From the IMG/VR virus record IMGVR_UViG_3300027766_000001: 64,000 bases of DNA; one strand, written 5' to 3'. The translations under genes and the position numbers were made by a program. The DNA is from a virus (taxonomy: Duplodnaviria > Caudoviricetes). The notes under the pieces were generated by a model. It saw nothing but the letters and a program-made list of their open reading frames with translations. It made no database searches and had not been told where the DNA came from. This document shows positions 1 to 7,863 of the stretch, piece by piece; within the stretch, counting starts at the first letter, position 1; each line of letters opens with the position of its first letter.

Positions 1-1
1 T

Positions 2-307
2 CTGCAGATCACCGAACCACTGGGGATCGATCGAGCTCAACTTGCCTTATTGCAAGAGAAAGCCGAGCAACGCGGTATTCAGATCGTGGTCACCAACCGC
101 AAAGCCGATGATGAGTTCAATGTCATTGGGTTAGCGAAGCTTAGAACCATCCTGGCAGAAAGCACTGAAGTAGCTGAACGTCAGGAGTTAGCTCAATTAC
201 GCGAAGAAGAACGTGCAGGCTGGTATCAGCCAAAGAAGAAACTGACGTTCCCTAATCGCCCTATCTTACCCCGTACCCGTACGCGCCACCGCGCACCTGG
301 AGGTTAA
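2..307 (+). CDS. hypothetical protein, 5'-truncated by window edge
   Basis: Frame is open from position 2 (LQITEPLGID...) into the 50..307 ORF; basic C-terminus; abuts next gene. Confidence 0.7.
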   Translation: MQITEPLGIDRAQLALLQEKAEQRGIQIVVTNRKADDEFNVIGLAKLRTILAESTEVAERQELAQLREEERAGWYQPKKKLTFPNRPILPRTRTRHRAPGG

Positions 308-308
308 T

Positions 309-1448
309 ATGTCTCATGCTGGTCCTAATGGCTTAGCCGGTGACTCAATCCCGTTTACCAAATCGGGATGGTTCACTGAAGACCGTGTCAGAAAAGAATG
401 TCGCGGTGGAAAATGTAAGCTCTTGTTGCTGAACTACAACGAACCGGGTGACCTCTTAGCCTGGGAAGACCTGCAACAACTGGCTTTGCAGAACCCGCTG
501 GTTGAAGTCGCCAAGTTTGATGTGGCAGGTGGGACCAAAGAAGCGTTCCAGGCGTTTGATCGCGGCGAGTGGGCGCTTGTGGTCAACCCCTGGTACTGTC
601 ATATTCGTGGCGCGGCATTCTGCTACGATTCCACCGGAGGTTTAACCGGCGCACGTGGTGGTCCAGGATGTAAAGGCTTTGGCGAAGAGATCCTGATGGA
701 TCACCATATCCTGTTCTCCAACAGCGTCTACAACGTTAAGATCCACCGTAATCAAAGTGCTACGGAGTTTCTTAATCACACCATCGCCAAAGGTGCATAC
801 TGGGATCTGCCAAAAAAGATCTACGTGGTGCGTCCTGACTTCTACGACGAAGGCACTGAAGAGTTAATCAAAACAGTGCGTAAGCAGTTTGAAGAGCCTG
901 GGCTTGGCATTGTGCGGGTGGTTGACTTCCCAAGTACGTTGGTCGTGAACCAACTCACCGATGACACCACCTACGTGGCGATTGACACCGACAAAGTGCG
1001 CAATCATTTCGACGAGGTCATGGCAAGCTATAAAGGCTACGGCGTCGGTGATCTGATGGACAAGCTGCGTCGTGACCGCAACAGCACGTTGATGCGTACC
1101 ATCTGGGGTGACCTGGATAAGTATCACCAGAAGTTGTTGATTGGTTGTTTAAGTCGCGCACTTTCGCGCACTCTGAAAAACGATTTATTGCATACCCATC
1201 AAATGGAGATCTTTGATAAAATGTTTGGTAAAGGTGAAACGGCCAGTGCGGTACGTGGAACGCTGCAGATTCTTGCTGCTGCTACGCCGCGGTCTAAAAT
1301 GCTGACATTGGATGACAGCGGTTTTAACCTGACTGGGCCGGACTGGGATGTAGGTGGGTTACCTCTGGCGAAGCGTCCTAAGGGTCCGATCACCATGCCA
1401 GGTTTGGGTGAGCGTAAGAAGAAAGGCAAGACCCGTGCGAAATATTAA
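309..1448 (+). CDS. hypothetical protein (379 aa)
   Basis: Long ORF with GGAGG SD upstream; no recognised motif; Lys/Arg-rich C-terminus. Confidence 0.8.
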   Translation: MSHAGPNGLAGDSIPFTKSGWFTEDRVRKECRGGKCKLLLLNYNEPGDLLAWEDLQQLALQNPLVEVAKFDVAGGTKEAFQAFDRGEWALVVNPWYCHIRGAAFCYDSTGGLTGARGGPGCKGFGEEILMDHHILFSNSVYNVKIHRNQSATEFLNHTIAKGAYWDLPKKIYVVRPDFYDEGTEELIKTVRKQFEEPGLGIVRVVDFPSTLVVNQLTDDTTYVAIDTDKVRNHFDEVMASYKGYGVGDLMDKLRRDRNSTLMRTIWGDLDKYHQKLLIGCLSRALSRTLKNDLLHTHQMEIFDKMFGKGETASAVRGTLQILAAATPRSKMLTLDDSGFNLTGPDWDVGGLPLAKRPKGPITMPGLGERKKKGKTRAKY

Positions 1449-1674
1449 AGCGGCTATTCTCTGTCTGGTGTCGTACGCGGCACCAGTTTATGCTGACGAG
1501 CGTCCAAAGACTGACCACTGCGTTGCGACTACCATTGACAGTACGGTTATCACGCAGTGTGACAATGGTACTGTTAGCACGGTTAACAATGTCTCTGGTA
1601 CGATGGTGGTTTGTCAGACGTCGGGATCTAACATACCGTCGTGCACCAAAATTAATCTTCGGGAGAAGTCATGA
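1435..1674 (+). CDS. small exported Cys-containing protein
   Basis: In-frame GTG at 1435 within the 1354 ORF gives MRNIKAAILCLVSYAAPVYA-DERP (Sec-signal-like) followed by a Thr-rich domain with 4 Cys. Confidence 0.6.
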   Translation: MRNIKAAILCLVSYAAPVYADERPKTDHCVATTIDSTVITQCDNGTVSTVNNVSGTMVVCQTSGSNIPSCTKINLREKS

Positions 1675-2102
1675 CCAAGAACCAACGTAGACGTAAGCAC
1701 GCACAGCGCAAGCAGCACACCAAAGCTCGCTCAAGCAGTGCGTTGCTGCACCTCCTTAATAACAAGCACAAGTTTGTGGATATGCCGGGGCGCTGGCAGG
1801 ACTCAGTGCCGGAAGGTGTCATCTCAGGTGCGGTGGTCAACCCGGATACCGTTTTCCCTATGCCGTGGATGAGCGCACACGAGCTGATTCAACGTATGGC
1901 CGCGGGACAGATCAAACCGGTGGAGTACATGGACACTGAGGGTGTTTTGCATCGTTCAGTTGCTATTGATGTGGAAGCCATGTATCCGCGTACTGGCGAA
2001 GAGTTTGCTGAGCTCTTCATAATGGCGGGTGATGCTGTTCAGCATATCACCATTGACTCGATTCCTAACGACCCCAAAGGGAACGCGCAGCATGAGTTCT
2101 GA
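1671..2102 (+). CDS. hypothetical protein with basic N-terminus
   Basis: ATGA overlap with upstream gene, GGAG SD. Confidence 0.75.
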   Translation: MTKNQRRRKHAQRKQHTKARSSSALLHLLNNKHKFVDMPGRWQDSVPEGVISGAVVNPDTVFPMPWMSAHELIQRMAAGQIKPVEYMDTEGVLHRSVAIDVEAMYPRTGEEFAELFIMAGDAVQHITIDSIPNDPKGNAQHEF

Positions 2103-2316
2103 TCACTGGGATCTTACCCAACCCCAACACAATGTCACGTACGAAGACACCATCGCGCATGACATTGACCTGGCGAATGCCTCTGCCTGGGAAGAGCGTT
2201 TCAAGGAGCGTCATGGTCGTGAGCCGCGTTTCGTTGAACGTCCTGTCTTTGCCAAACTCACTATTAAAGACGTAAACGATGTCCTTAAAGAAGCGGGCAA
2301 AGCCCAAGGCCAGTAA
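2092..2316 (+). CDS. hypothetical protein (74 aa)
   Basis: ATG 2092 overlaps the end of the preceding gene; preferred over the 2029 start. Confidence 0.6.
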   Translation: MSSDHWDLTQPQHNVTYEDTIAHDIDLANASAWEERFKERHGREPRFVERPVFAKLTIKDVNDVLKEAGKAQGQ

Positions 2317-2548
2317 AGCCAAACCTGTGCGCCGTCGGCGGCGAAGTAAGAAGCGTAAGACAACAGCTGCACCAATGGACCATGCGTTGTCGTTTGCGTT
2401 GAATGGGGAGAAGCCCAAGTACGAACCCTGGGAGCCGTTGCGAGAAGGATACGGTAACAACGATGACCTGGGATTTGGGCGGGCACCTACTGCGGAAGAA
2501 CTGAAGTTCCAAAAAGCATTGTCGGCCCGTTATTTGCGTCGTCGATAA
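2279..2548 (+). CDS. small highly basic protein
   Basis: MSLKKRAKPKASKAKPVRRRRRSKKRK N-terminus; fills the gap before 2600; weak SD. Confidence 0.5.
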   Translation: MSLKKRAKPKASKAKPVRRRRRSKKRKTTAAPMDHALSFALNGEKPKYEPWEPLREGYGNNDDLGFGRAPTAEELKFQKALSARYLRRR

Positions 2549-2557
2549 TCAACCCGG

Positions 2558-2566
2558 TGCTATACT
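2558..2566 (+). promoter_or_regulatory. sigma70-like extended -10 (TGcTATACT)
   Basis: Motif in the intergenic gap upstream of the 2600 ORF. Confidence 0.25.
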
Positions 2567-2599
2567 GGGCTCTTTTAAACTCTGTTAATAGAGGTAATC

Positions 2600-3208
2600 A
2601 TGAGTAAGCTTATTGGTAAAGAAACCCGTTTTGATATGGGTGACCTGCGGGTCATTATGGGGATGTACGAAAACGGGCCCTCTACGTCACCGGGTAGCGC
2701 TGAGAATAAAGTCCTGCTACGTTGGGATGGTGTTGATCTGGCCGACGAATCAACGCTGCCTAAAGCCCTCCTGTATGCCTTCAACGCGGTCGTTAACTGC
2801 AAGCTTGAGTTGCACGATCTGTTGAAGAAAGAAGGTGTGCGCACCGAGATTATGAAACAGCTGATGCAGTTAGGTAAATACCTCGGCATCGACAGACTGG
2901 ACAAGGAAATGAACTCTGTGCAGAGTCGGGTTGAACCTAGCGCAGATGTTCGTCAGTTGTTCCAGTCCTGGGATGATGTGCCGCAAGTCTGGGTGACAGC
3001 TAAAGTCAGTTCATCCAATTACAATCGCCCGCTGTTGTTCTATCCCGATCACCCGCTGTTTAATCCGCAAGATGACGGCGTGGTCTTTACCATTAAGCTT
3101 TCAGGTAATGAGAGCACCACAATCAAACGCGATGTACATTGTCCGTCGTGGAACCTGCCGAATATCCAGAAGCTGGTTGATGAGTTGGTAAGACGTCACT
3201 TTGTGTGA
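2600..3208 (+). CDS. hypothetical protein (202 aa)
   Basis: ORF with AGAGGT SD; followed by terminator. Confidence 0.8.
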   Translation: MSKLIGKETRFDMGDLRVIMGMYENGPSTSPGSAENKVLLRWDGVDLADESTLPKALLYAFNAVVNCKLELHDLLKKEGVRTEIMKQLMQLGKYLGIDRLDKEMNSVQSRVEPSADVRQLFQSWDDVPQVWVTAKVSSSNYNRPLLFYPDHPLFNPQDDGVVFTIKLSGNESTTIKRDVHCPSWNLPNIQKLVDELVRRHFV

Positions 3209-3215
3209 TGTGAAT

Positions 3216-3241
3216 AAAGAGGGCTTCGGTCCTCTTTTTTT
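3216..3241 (+). terminator. intrinsic terminator
   Basis: AAAGAGGGC-TTCG-GTCCTCTTT followed by a T run. Confidence 0.8.
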
Positions 3242-3277
3242 GTCTGATCCTATGAAACCACTGGATCAGAGGCAGAT

Positions 3278-3931
3278 ATGTTAGACTCCATGATTATGAC
3301 CGGCAAACCATACGCCAACTACTACGTTGATTTAAGCTTCGATAAAGATGCGACTGGGTCGCGCATCTTAATGGATCGAGGTACTGCAGCTGTAACGTTT
3401 ACACGCACAGCCAATAGCGCGGGTGCAAATGACGGGGTTGTCGATGACCCTGTATTTGGTAAGTGTTATTTGTTCGATGGCAACGCTTACTTTGTCGGCT
3501 CTAAGGCATTGAACATCTGGAACAAACAGTACCGGATGCGGCTGAAGTTTGTGCCCAATACCACGTTGTCGCGTGGGATAATAGAAACAGGTAATTACCC
3601 ATCATCAGGCAACATCAAAGCAGGGTGGGCGCTGTCGATTAACCAATACACCCAAACGTACTTTCAGATGTTCATGACCCAGCAAAACGGCGTGTACGCG
3701 CGCTTATTGCCGACAGGCGTTAACCCGGGTAACGCGGTGTTGGAAGACTACGAGATCACCCGTATCGGCAGCACCATTACGGTGAAGAACATGAACACCG
3801 GCCAAACCGCGTCAAACCAGTTTTTGACTAACGGTGAAAACAATATCCATGTTGCCGGTAGCTACACTGGCGGGTTTAATAATACGTTCATTGGTTTACT
3901 CAAATCGTTCCAAATCGAACTCTTGGCGTAG
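3278..3931 (+). CDS. putative virion structural protein, ConA/LamG-like beta-sandwich
   Basis: MLDSMIMTG N-terminal tag; FGKCYLFDGNAYF and W-ALSI patterns typical of LamG-like domains; Asn/Gly/Thr-rich; TATG at 3251 upstream. Confidence 0.6.
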   Translation: MLDSMIMTGKPYANYYVDLSFDKDATGSRILMDRGTAAVTFTRTANSAGANDGVVDDPVFGKCYLFDGNAYFVGSKALNIWNKQYRMRLKFVPNTTLSRGIIETGNYPSSGNIKAGWALSINQYTQTYFQMFMTQQNGVYARLLPTGVNPGNAVLEDYEITRIGSTITVKNMNTGQTASNQFLTNGENNIHVAGSYTGGFNNTFIGLLKSFQIELLA

Positions 3932-3932
3932 G

Positions 3933-3961
3933 AGCAGGGCTTCGGCCCTGCTTTTATGCCG
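3933..3961 (+). terminator. intrinsic terminator with TTTTATGCCG tail
   Basis: AGCAGGGC-TTCG-GCCCTGCT then TTTATGCCG. Confidence 0.8.
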
Positions 3962-4008
3962 GTCTGTTTCTTTTGACTATTTCTGTACATCTATTACACT
4001 CCAGGAAA

Positions 4009-4032
4009 TTTCACGCCTACATTACTAATGTG
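4009..4032 (+). promoter_or_regulatory. putative phage early (virion RNAP) promoter
   Basis: TTTCACGCCTACATTACTAATGTG, near-identical to 61079 and 52817; resembles the phiKZ early TATATTAC-type motif. Confidence 0.65.
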
Positions 4033-4083
4033 AATGCATTCCTGCTCATTATCGAGTGACAACCTGTAAGAGGATAATACCCC

Positions 4084-4797
4084 ATGAATCACCAGAACCC
4101 ACACGCTAACAAAAACGTTGATGCTAAAGTTATCGACGGTTCGATTTCAACTATCAACGACCTGATCTTTACGTTGACGGGTAACAACGATATCCATGTT
4201 AACCCTGACGTCGGTTCCGTTCACGGTAAGCGTCGTGTACCTAACGTCCATGGTGAACTGATCACCGAAGAAGCAGTCACCGGCTTTATTGCCTTTGGCT
4301 TTGAGAACTACCAGACTTCTGATGCGTACTTCAGCGACAAGCCGTTTGTGCGTCTGGTCTCACACCTGATCGTGGTTACGCCAAAGAGCAAATCCGATTA
4401 CATCAAAAGCATCGAAGACGCCGAGCATCCGGTAGAAGCCTTTGCGCCAATCTACGTCATGTCCTTAAATGGTCAGATGATCGCGGATGCGTTGATTGTC
4501 GCACTGGACCGCCTGGGTTATGTGGCCGATGTAAAACTGGTCGCTAACGCTCTGAGCAACACGGCGCGTGACAACAACGGCTTTGCGGATAAGAAGCCAG
4601 AAGTCATTAGCATCGTCCGCATTACTGAAAATCTGTTTATCAGCAAGTGGTCCGCGTTCTACGGCGTGCAGCGCAGCAACCTCGATCTGCCAATGCCGTC
4701 TAAGCTGGTTCGTCAACCGCACCCAATGGACGCACTCATCAACAAAACCATTAAATCGAGCGATGAGCTCGACAACCTCAAACCCACTAACGAGTAA
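4084..4797 (+). CDS. hypothetical protein (237 aa)
   Basis: First ORF after the early-promoter motif; GAGGA SD. Confidence 0.8.
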   Translation: MNHQNPHANKNVDAKVIDGSISTINDLIFTLTGNNDIHVNPDVGSVHGKRRVPNVHGELITEEAVTGFIAFGFENYQTSDAYFSDKPFVRLVSHLIVVTPKSKSDYIKSIEDAEHPVEAFAPIYVMSLNGQMIADALIVALDRLGYVADVKLVANALSNTARDNNGFADKKPEVISIVRITENLFISKWSAFYGVQRSNLDLPMPSKLVRQPHPMDALINKTIKSSDELDNLKPTNE

Positions 4798-4800
4798 ACC

Positions 4801-5166
4801 ATGACTGACCTTACACGTGACATTTACAAAGCGGTGAGCTGCAAATCAGCCACCAAAGGCACCACGATGTTCATCGATGACTTCGGTGATATCTGGACCA
4901 TGATTCCGCAGGTTAACCGCTTCGGTGAAAACAGCGTGTATCGTCAGTTCACCGGTAACCTCGTGGTGACAGGTACTCCCATGCCTAACGGTATGGGAGG
5001 TAACTACCTGTACGTGGGTGAGTTAGTCCCAACGTATCATTTCAACATTCTCAATCCTTGCCCGTTTATCCAGAACTTGCAGCAACAGGTGTACTACTAC
5101 CTGAACGGTCGTCTGGGTAAAGTGCAAGCCCGTTACAACAAGAAAGCCCTTCGCTTTAAAGGATAA
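4801..5166 (+). CDS. hypothetical protein
   Basis: Tightly packed operon ORF. Confidence 0.75.
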   Translation: MTDLTRDIYKAVSCKSATKGTTMFIDDFGDIWTMIPQVNRFGENSVYRQFTGNLVVTGTPMPNGMGGNYLYVGELVPTYHFNILNPCPFIQNLQQQVYYYLNGRLGKVQARYNKKALRFKG

Positions 5167-5172
5167 CTTAAC

Positions 5173-5607
5173 ATGTGGAAGAAACTCATTGCTCTCCTGG
5201 CCCTGGTTTGGGCCTCTGCTGGTTTTGCTGAAGACACAACGATCAACGGCAAAGTGTGGTCAGTGAACTACAACACCGGTTCCGCGTTTTACTCTGCTCT
5301 GGAAGGGAAACAGGAAGTGACCATGGAATGCATGTTAGGTGACATGCGTTTTGGTGCAGTGGATCAGGATACCGGCGATGAATTGATTCCGGGCGATGAG
5401 CAGATCATGCTGCTTATCGACAATGTCTATTACAGAGCGCCTCAAACGCTTGCAGAGCGACGCAAGTTGTACGAGGCAATATCTAACGCCCGAGACAGTT
5501 TCCAGCTGCGTAGTGCGTCTGGCTTCGTCTCCAAGGTGTTCCCTATTAAAGAGCTGCGGGAAATGTTCCGTAGTGTTGAATTTGACCTGTCTGATTGCAA
5601 GGAATAA
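5173..5607 (+). CDS. exported protein with signal peptide
   Basis: MWKKLIALLALVWASAGFA-EDT is a classic Sec signal. Confidence 0.75.
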   Translation: MWKKLIALLALVWASAGFAEDTTINGKVWSVNYNTGSAFYSALEGKQEVTMECMLGDMRFGAVDQDTGDELIPGDEQIMLLIDNVYYRAPQTLAERRKLYEAISNARDSFQLRSASGFVSKVFPIKELREMFRSVEFDLSDCKE

Positions 5608-5610
5608 CCC

Positions 5611-6027
5611 ATGCGTTCTTTCTACATTAAATCACTGGTCATTGATATCACCATCAATGACTGGACTCGCACGTTCCATGTGGGTGAAAAGAGCCTGAAC
5701 GAAAACCGCGTCATTAGCAATCACAATGCACCGGGTAAACACAAACTGAAGTTTGATGTGCCGTTCAATGGCCTGACCTACCCGATTGAACTTACCCTGG
5801 ATCACCACACCGATCCAACTTGTGGCAAGCTGATACTTTCACATGTGTCTTACGCCGATGTCAAAGGCGCTGATAGTTTCAAACACTCTACTGATGAAGT
5901 GAAGTTCTCCAACCTTCAGGTGGATCTTTTTGAAATGGAAAAACACACACCGATCTGTAAAGTACAGCAGCTCGGTCAGCGCGGCCCACTACCCCACATC
6001 CGTCGTGGTGTTACCGAAAACATCTGA
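5611..6027 (+). CDS. hypothetical protein
   Basis: Operon ORF with AAGGA SD. Confidence 0.75.
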   Translation: MRSFYIKSLVIDITINDWTRTFHVGEKSLNENRVISNHNAPGKHKLKFDVPFNGLTYPIELTLDHHTDPTCGKLILSHVSYADVKGADSFKHSTDEVKFSNLQVDLFEMEKHTPICKVQQLGQRGPLPHIRRGVTENI

Positions 6028-6041
6028 CCTGTAGGTGAACC

Positions 6042-6518
6042 ATGGAAGAATTAAGTAAGATAGATCGGTCGAATATCAGCAGAATTGTCTCTGGTCGCGA
6101 CTGCGTGGTTTGGTGTGCGGGTGTGATCGTCGACCTTGCTATGGAAAACGGCTGGCGCTGTGATCGTGTTCACATCCCAATTCCTTACCAAATTGCCCTC
6201 GACCTCCATCGCCACTCTTACGGCGGTGAGGGTATCCGTCACAAAGAAATCACGCTTGACTTTAAAGACCATCGTAACGAGTTACAACAGTTGACGTTTG
6301 AGTTAAGCTTTGATAAAGAGTCTAATGATTCTGAATCGATCTACTTTCCGCGTAACGTAAAGTTAGAGCATTTGAAGTGTAGCGATTACAAGATCAAAGC
6401 CCATAACCCACGTTTAGAAGTAAATCTGGTTTTGGGTCGTCAGCTTATCGGTCATGATGGTTGGACCAATGGGGATTTTGCCAGAACGGATCCTAGTTGG
6501 GAATATCATCAGTACTAG
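6042..6518 (+). CDS. hypothetical protein
   Basis: Operon ORF with AGGTG SD. Confidence 0.75.
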   Translation: MEELSKIDRSNISRIVSGRDCVVWCAGVIVDLAMENGWRCDRVHIPIPYQIALDLHRHSYGGEGIRHKEITLDFKDHRNELQQLTFELSFDKESNDSESIYFPRNVKLEHLKCSDYKIKAHNPRLEVNLVLGRQLIGHDGWTNGDFARTDPSWEYHQY

Positions 6519-6540
6519 CGCTGGTGATTGCAATGTTATA

Positions 6541-6571
6541 ACAGCGGGGATTCACCTCGCTGTTTTTTTTT
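6541..6571 (+). terminator. intrinsic terminator
   Basis: ACAGCGGGG-ATTCA-CCTCGCTGT plus T run. Confidence 0.75.
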
Positions 6572-6585
6572 GTTGAGGTGAAGTA

Positions 6586-6996
6586 ATGGCCAAGGTCTAT
6601 AGCAAAATAGTGGCGATCTCCACTGACTTTGCCGGCGACTTCTCGTTTCCCGAATTACGGAAATGTCTGCCTACCGGTATCCGCATCACAGCACTGTACA
6701 ACTTTGCCACCGCTACGCAATTTGCAGCCGATGTAAAAGCGGCTATGAAACGCAGTGACGTTATTGTTGTAGACACCAGTGATCACACCTTACGCTTCTT
6801 ACGTCTGCTGGACATTCCGTATCAGCTGATCTACGCAAGCTACTGTGTGACCGATATTGAACAGCGTCACATCACCAACTGCCGACGCCAGGCCAACTGT
6901 ATCCACACGGAACTGAAAGCCCGAGGCGATTACAAACGTCTGGTATTCGACTTCCGTGAAGATCAGGGATTGTCGGTTGAGCTTCCATCAGCATAA
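6586..6996 (+). CDS. hypothetical protein
   Basis: GAGGTG SD; ends at bidirectional terminator. Confidence 0.75.
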   Translation: MAKVYSKIVAISTDFAGDFSFPELRKCLPTGIRITALYNFATATQFAADVKAAMKRSDVIVVDTSDHTLRFLRLLDIPYQLIYASYCVTDIEQRHITNCRRQANCIHTELKARGDYKRLVFDFREDQGLSVELPSA

Positions 6997-7047
6997 AAGC
7001 ACGAGGGTCTCTTCTCCCACGACGGGAGAAGAGACACCTCTATGCCG
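6988..7047. terminator. bidirectional terminator flanked by GCATA/TATGCCG
   Basis: GTCTCTTCTCCC-ACGAC-GGGAGAAGAGAC between convergent genes. Confidence 0.8.
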
Positions 7048-7050
7048 GCT

Positions 7051-7395
7051 TTATTTATTTGTGTTGATCTGTTCTGCAAAACGCATTGCATGGTACTGAC
7101 GTCCATAAGCCATGTCATCGGTGTGATGATACTTCTTATTGAGGATGGCAGTCTTCAACCCAGCACGAGTAATGCGATCAATGTTGCGCTCGTTATCCAG
7201 CACACTCATTGAAGTACGAATGTGACGATGACCAAACACTTCATGGGTCACTACAGAGCATTCGGTTTCCAGTAACACGGTTCCGATCTTGCTCTTCAGT
7301 GACACAATTACGTTTGAGACATCGACGTCCCGTTTGCCCAGCAGCAACGCTGTGAGACACAACAGGTGTTTCTTTGTGTAATCAATGGCTATCAT
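7051..7395 (-). CDS. hypothetical protein
   Basis: GGAGG SD on the minus strand; last gene of the minus operon. Confidence 0.7.
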   Translation of the reverse strand: MIAIDYTKKHLLCLTALLLGKRDVDVSNVIVSLKSKIGTVLLETECSVVTHEVFGHRHIRTSMSVLDNERNIDRITRAGLKTAILNKKYHHTDDMAYGRQYHAMRFAEQINTNK

Positions 7396-7429
7396 ACCCC
7401 GCCTCCAGGACGGATAAAAAGCGGGTTAC

Positions 7430-7771
7430 TCACCCGCCTTTGATTTGTTTTTGTGCGTCCGCTAATGCTTTCTCCAGTTTAGAGATGTTGGCATTTGACG
7501 AATCGTTGTTTTTCGATGCGTACTCTTTGACTCGAGTAATCATCAACTTCTGTTTGGCGTAGGTGTAAGTCATCCAGGTAGCAAAGTTGATACCCAGATA
7601 CTCTTCTATCTTGTTGTCCAAATACTCATCAAGATAACCACCAAAGCCACTGACCAATAACGAATCCTCTTGCTCGACCTGGCTGGCCAGCGAGAACGGT
7701 GATAAATCAGCATCGTGGTCAACGATGCCGTACGTATCATCGTAGAGCTCCATCAACCGCAAGCGCGCCAT
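7430..7771 (-). CDS. conserved hypothetical; probable frameshift-accessed C-terminal (T-like) extension of the 7864-9489 protein
   Basis: Its frame stays open 48 codons upstream to 7915 with no ATG/GTG/TTG; YLDEYLDNKIEEYLGINFATWMTYTY resembles tail-chaperone T/gp51-like tails. Confidence 0.7.
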   Translation of the reverse strand: MARLRLMELYDDTYGIVDHDADLSPFSLASQVEQEDSLLVSGFGGYLDEYLDNKIEEYLGINFATWMTYTYAKQKLMITRVKEYASKNNDSSNANISKLEKALADAQKQIKGG

Positions 7772-7863
7772 TTCCGGATCACCCGCTAAGAACTTGGGAT
7801 CTGTTAAGGCCCGTTCCCAGGCCTCACTCCGGTCTTGGTACGCGCTACCGAAATCGTGGTGAA

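Noticed and set aside
5611-6518. Possible distant paralogy between ORFs 5611 and 6042 (IDITINDW/VDLAMENGW; IELTLDH/FELSFDK)
   Set aside because: Similarity is too weak to support by eye and needs profile comparison.
6533-6541. Extended -10-like TGTTATAAC
   Set aside because: It sits immediately before a terminator hairpin with no clear -35 element, so it is probably incidental.
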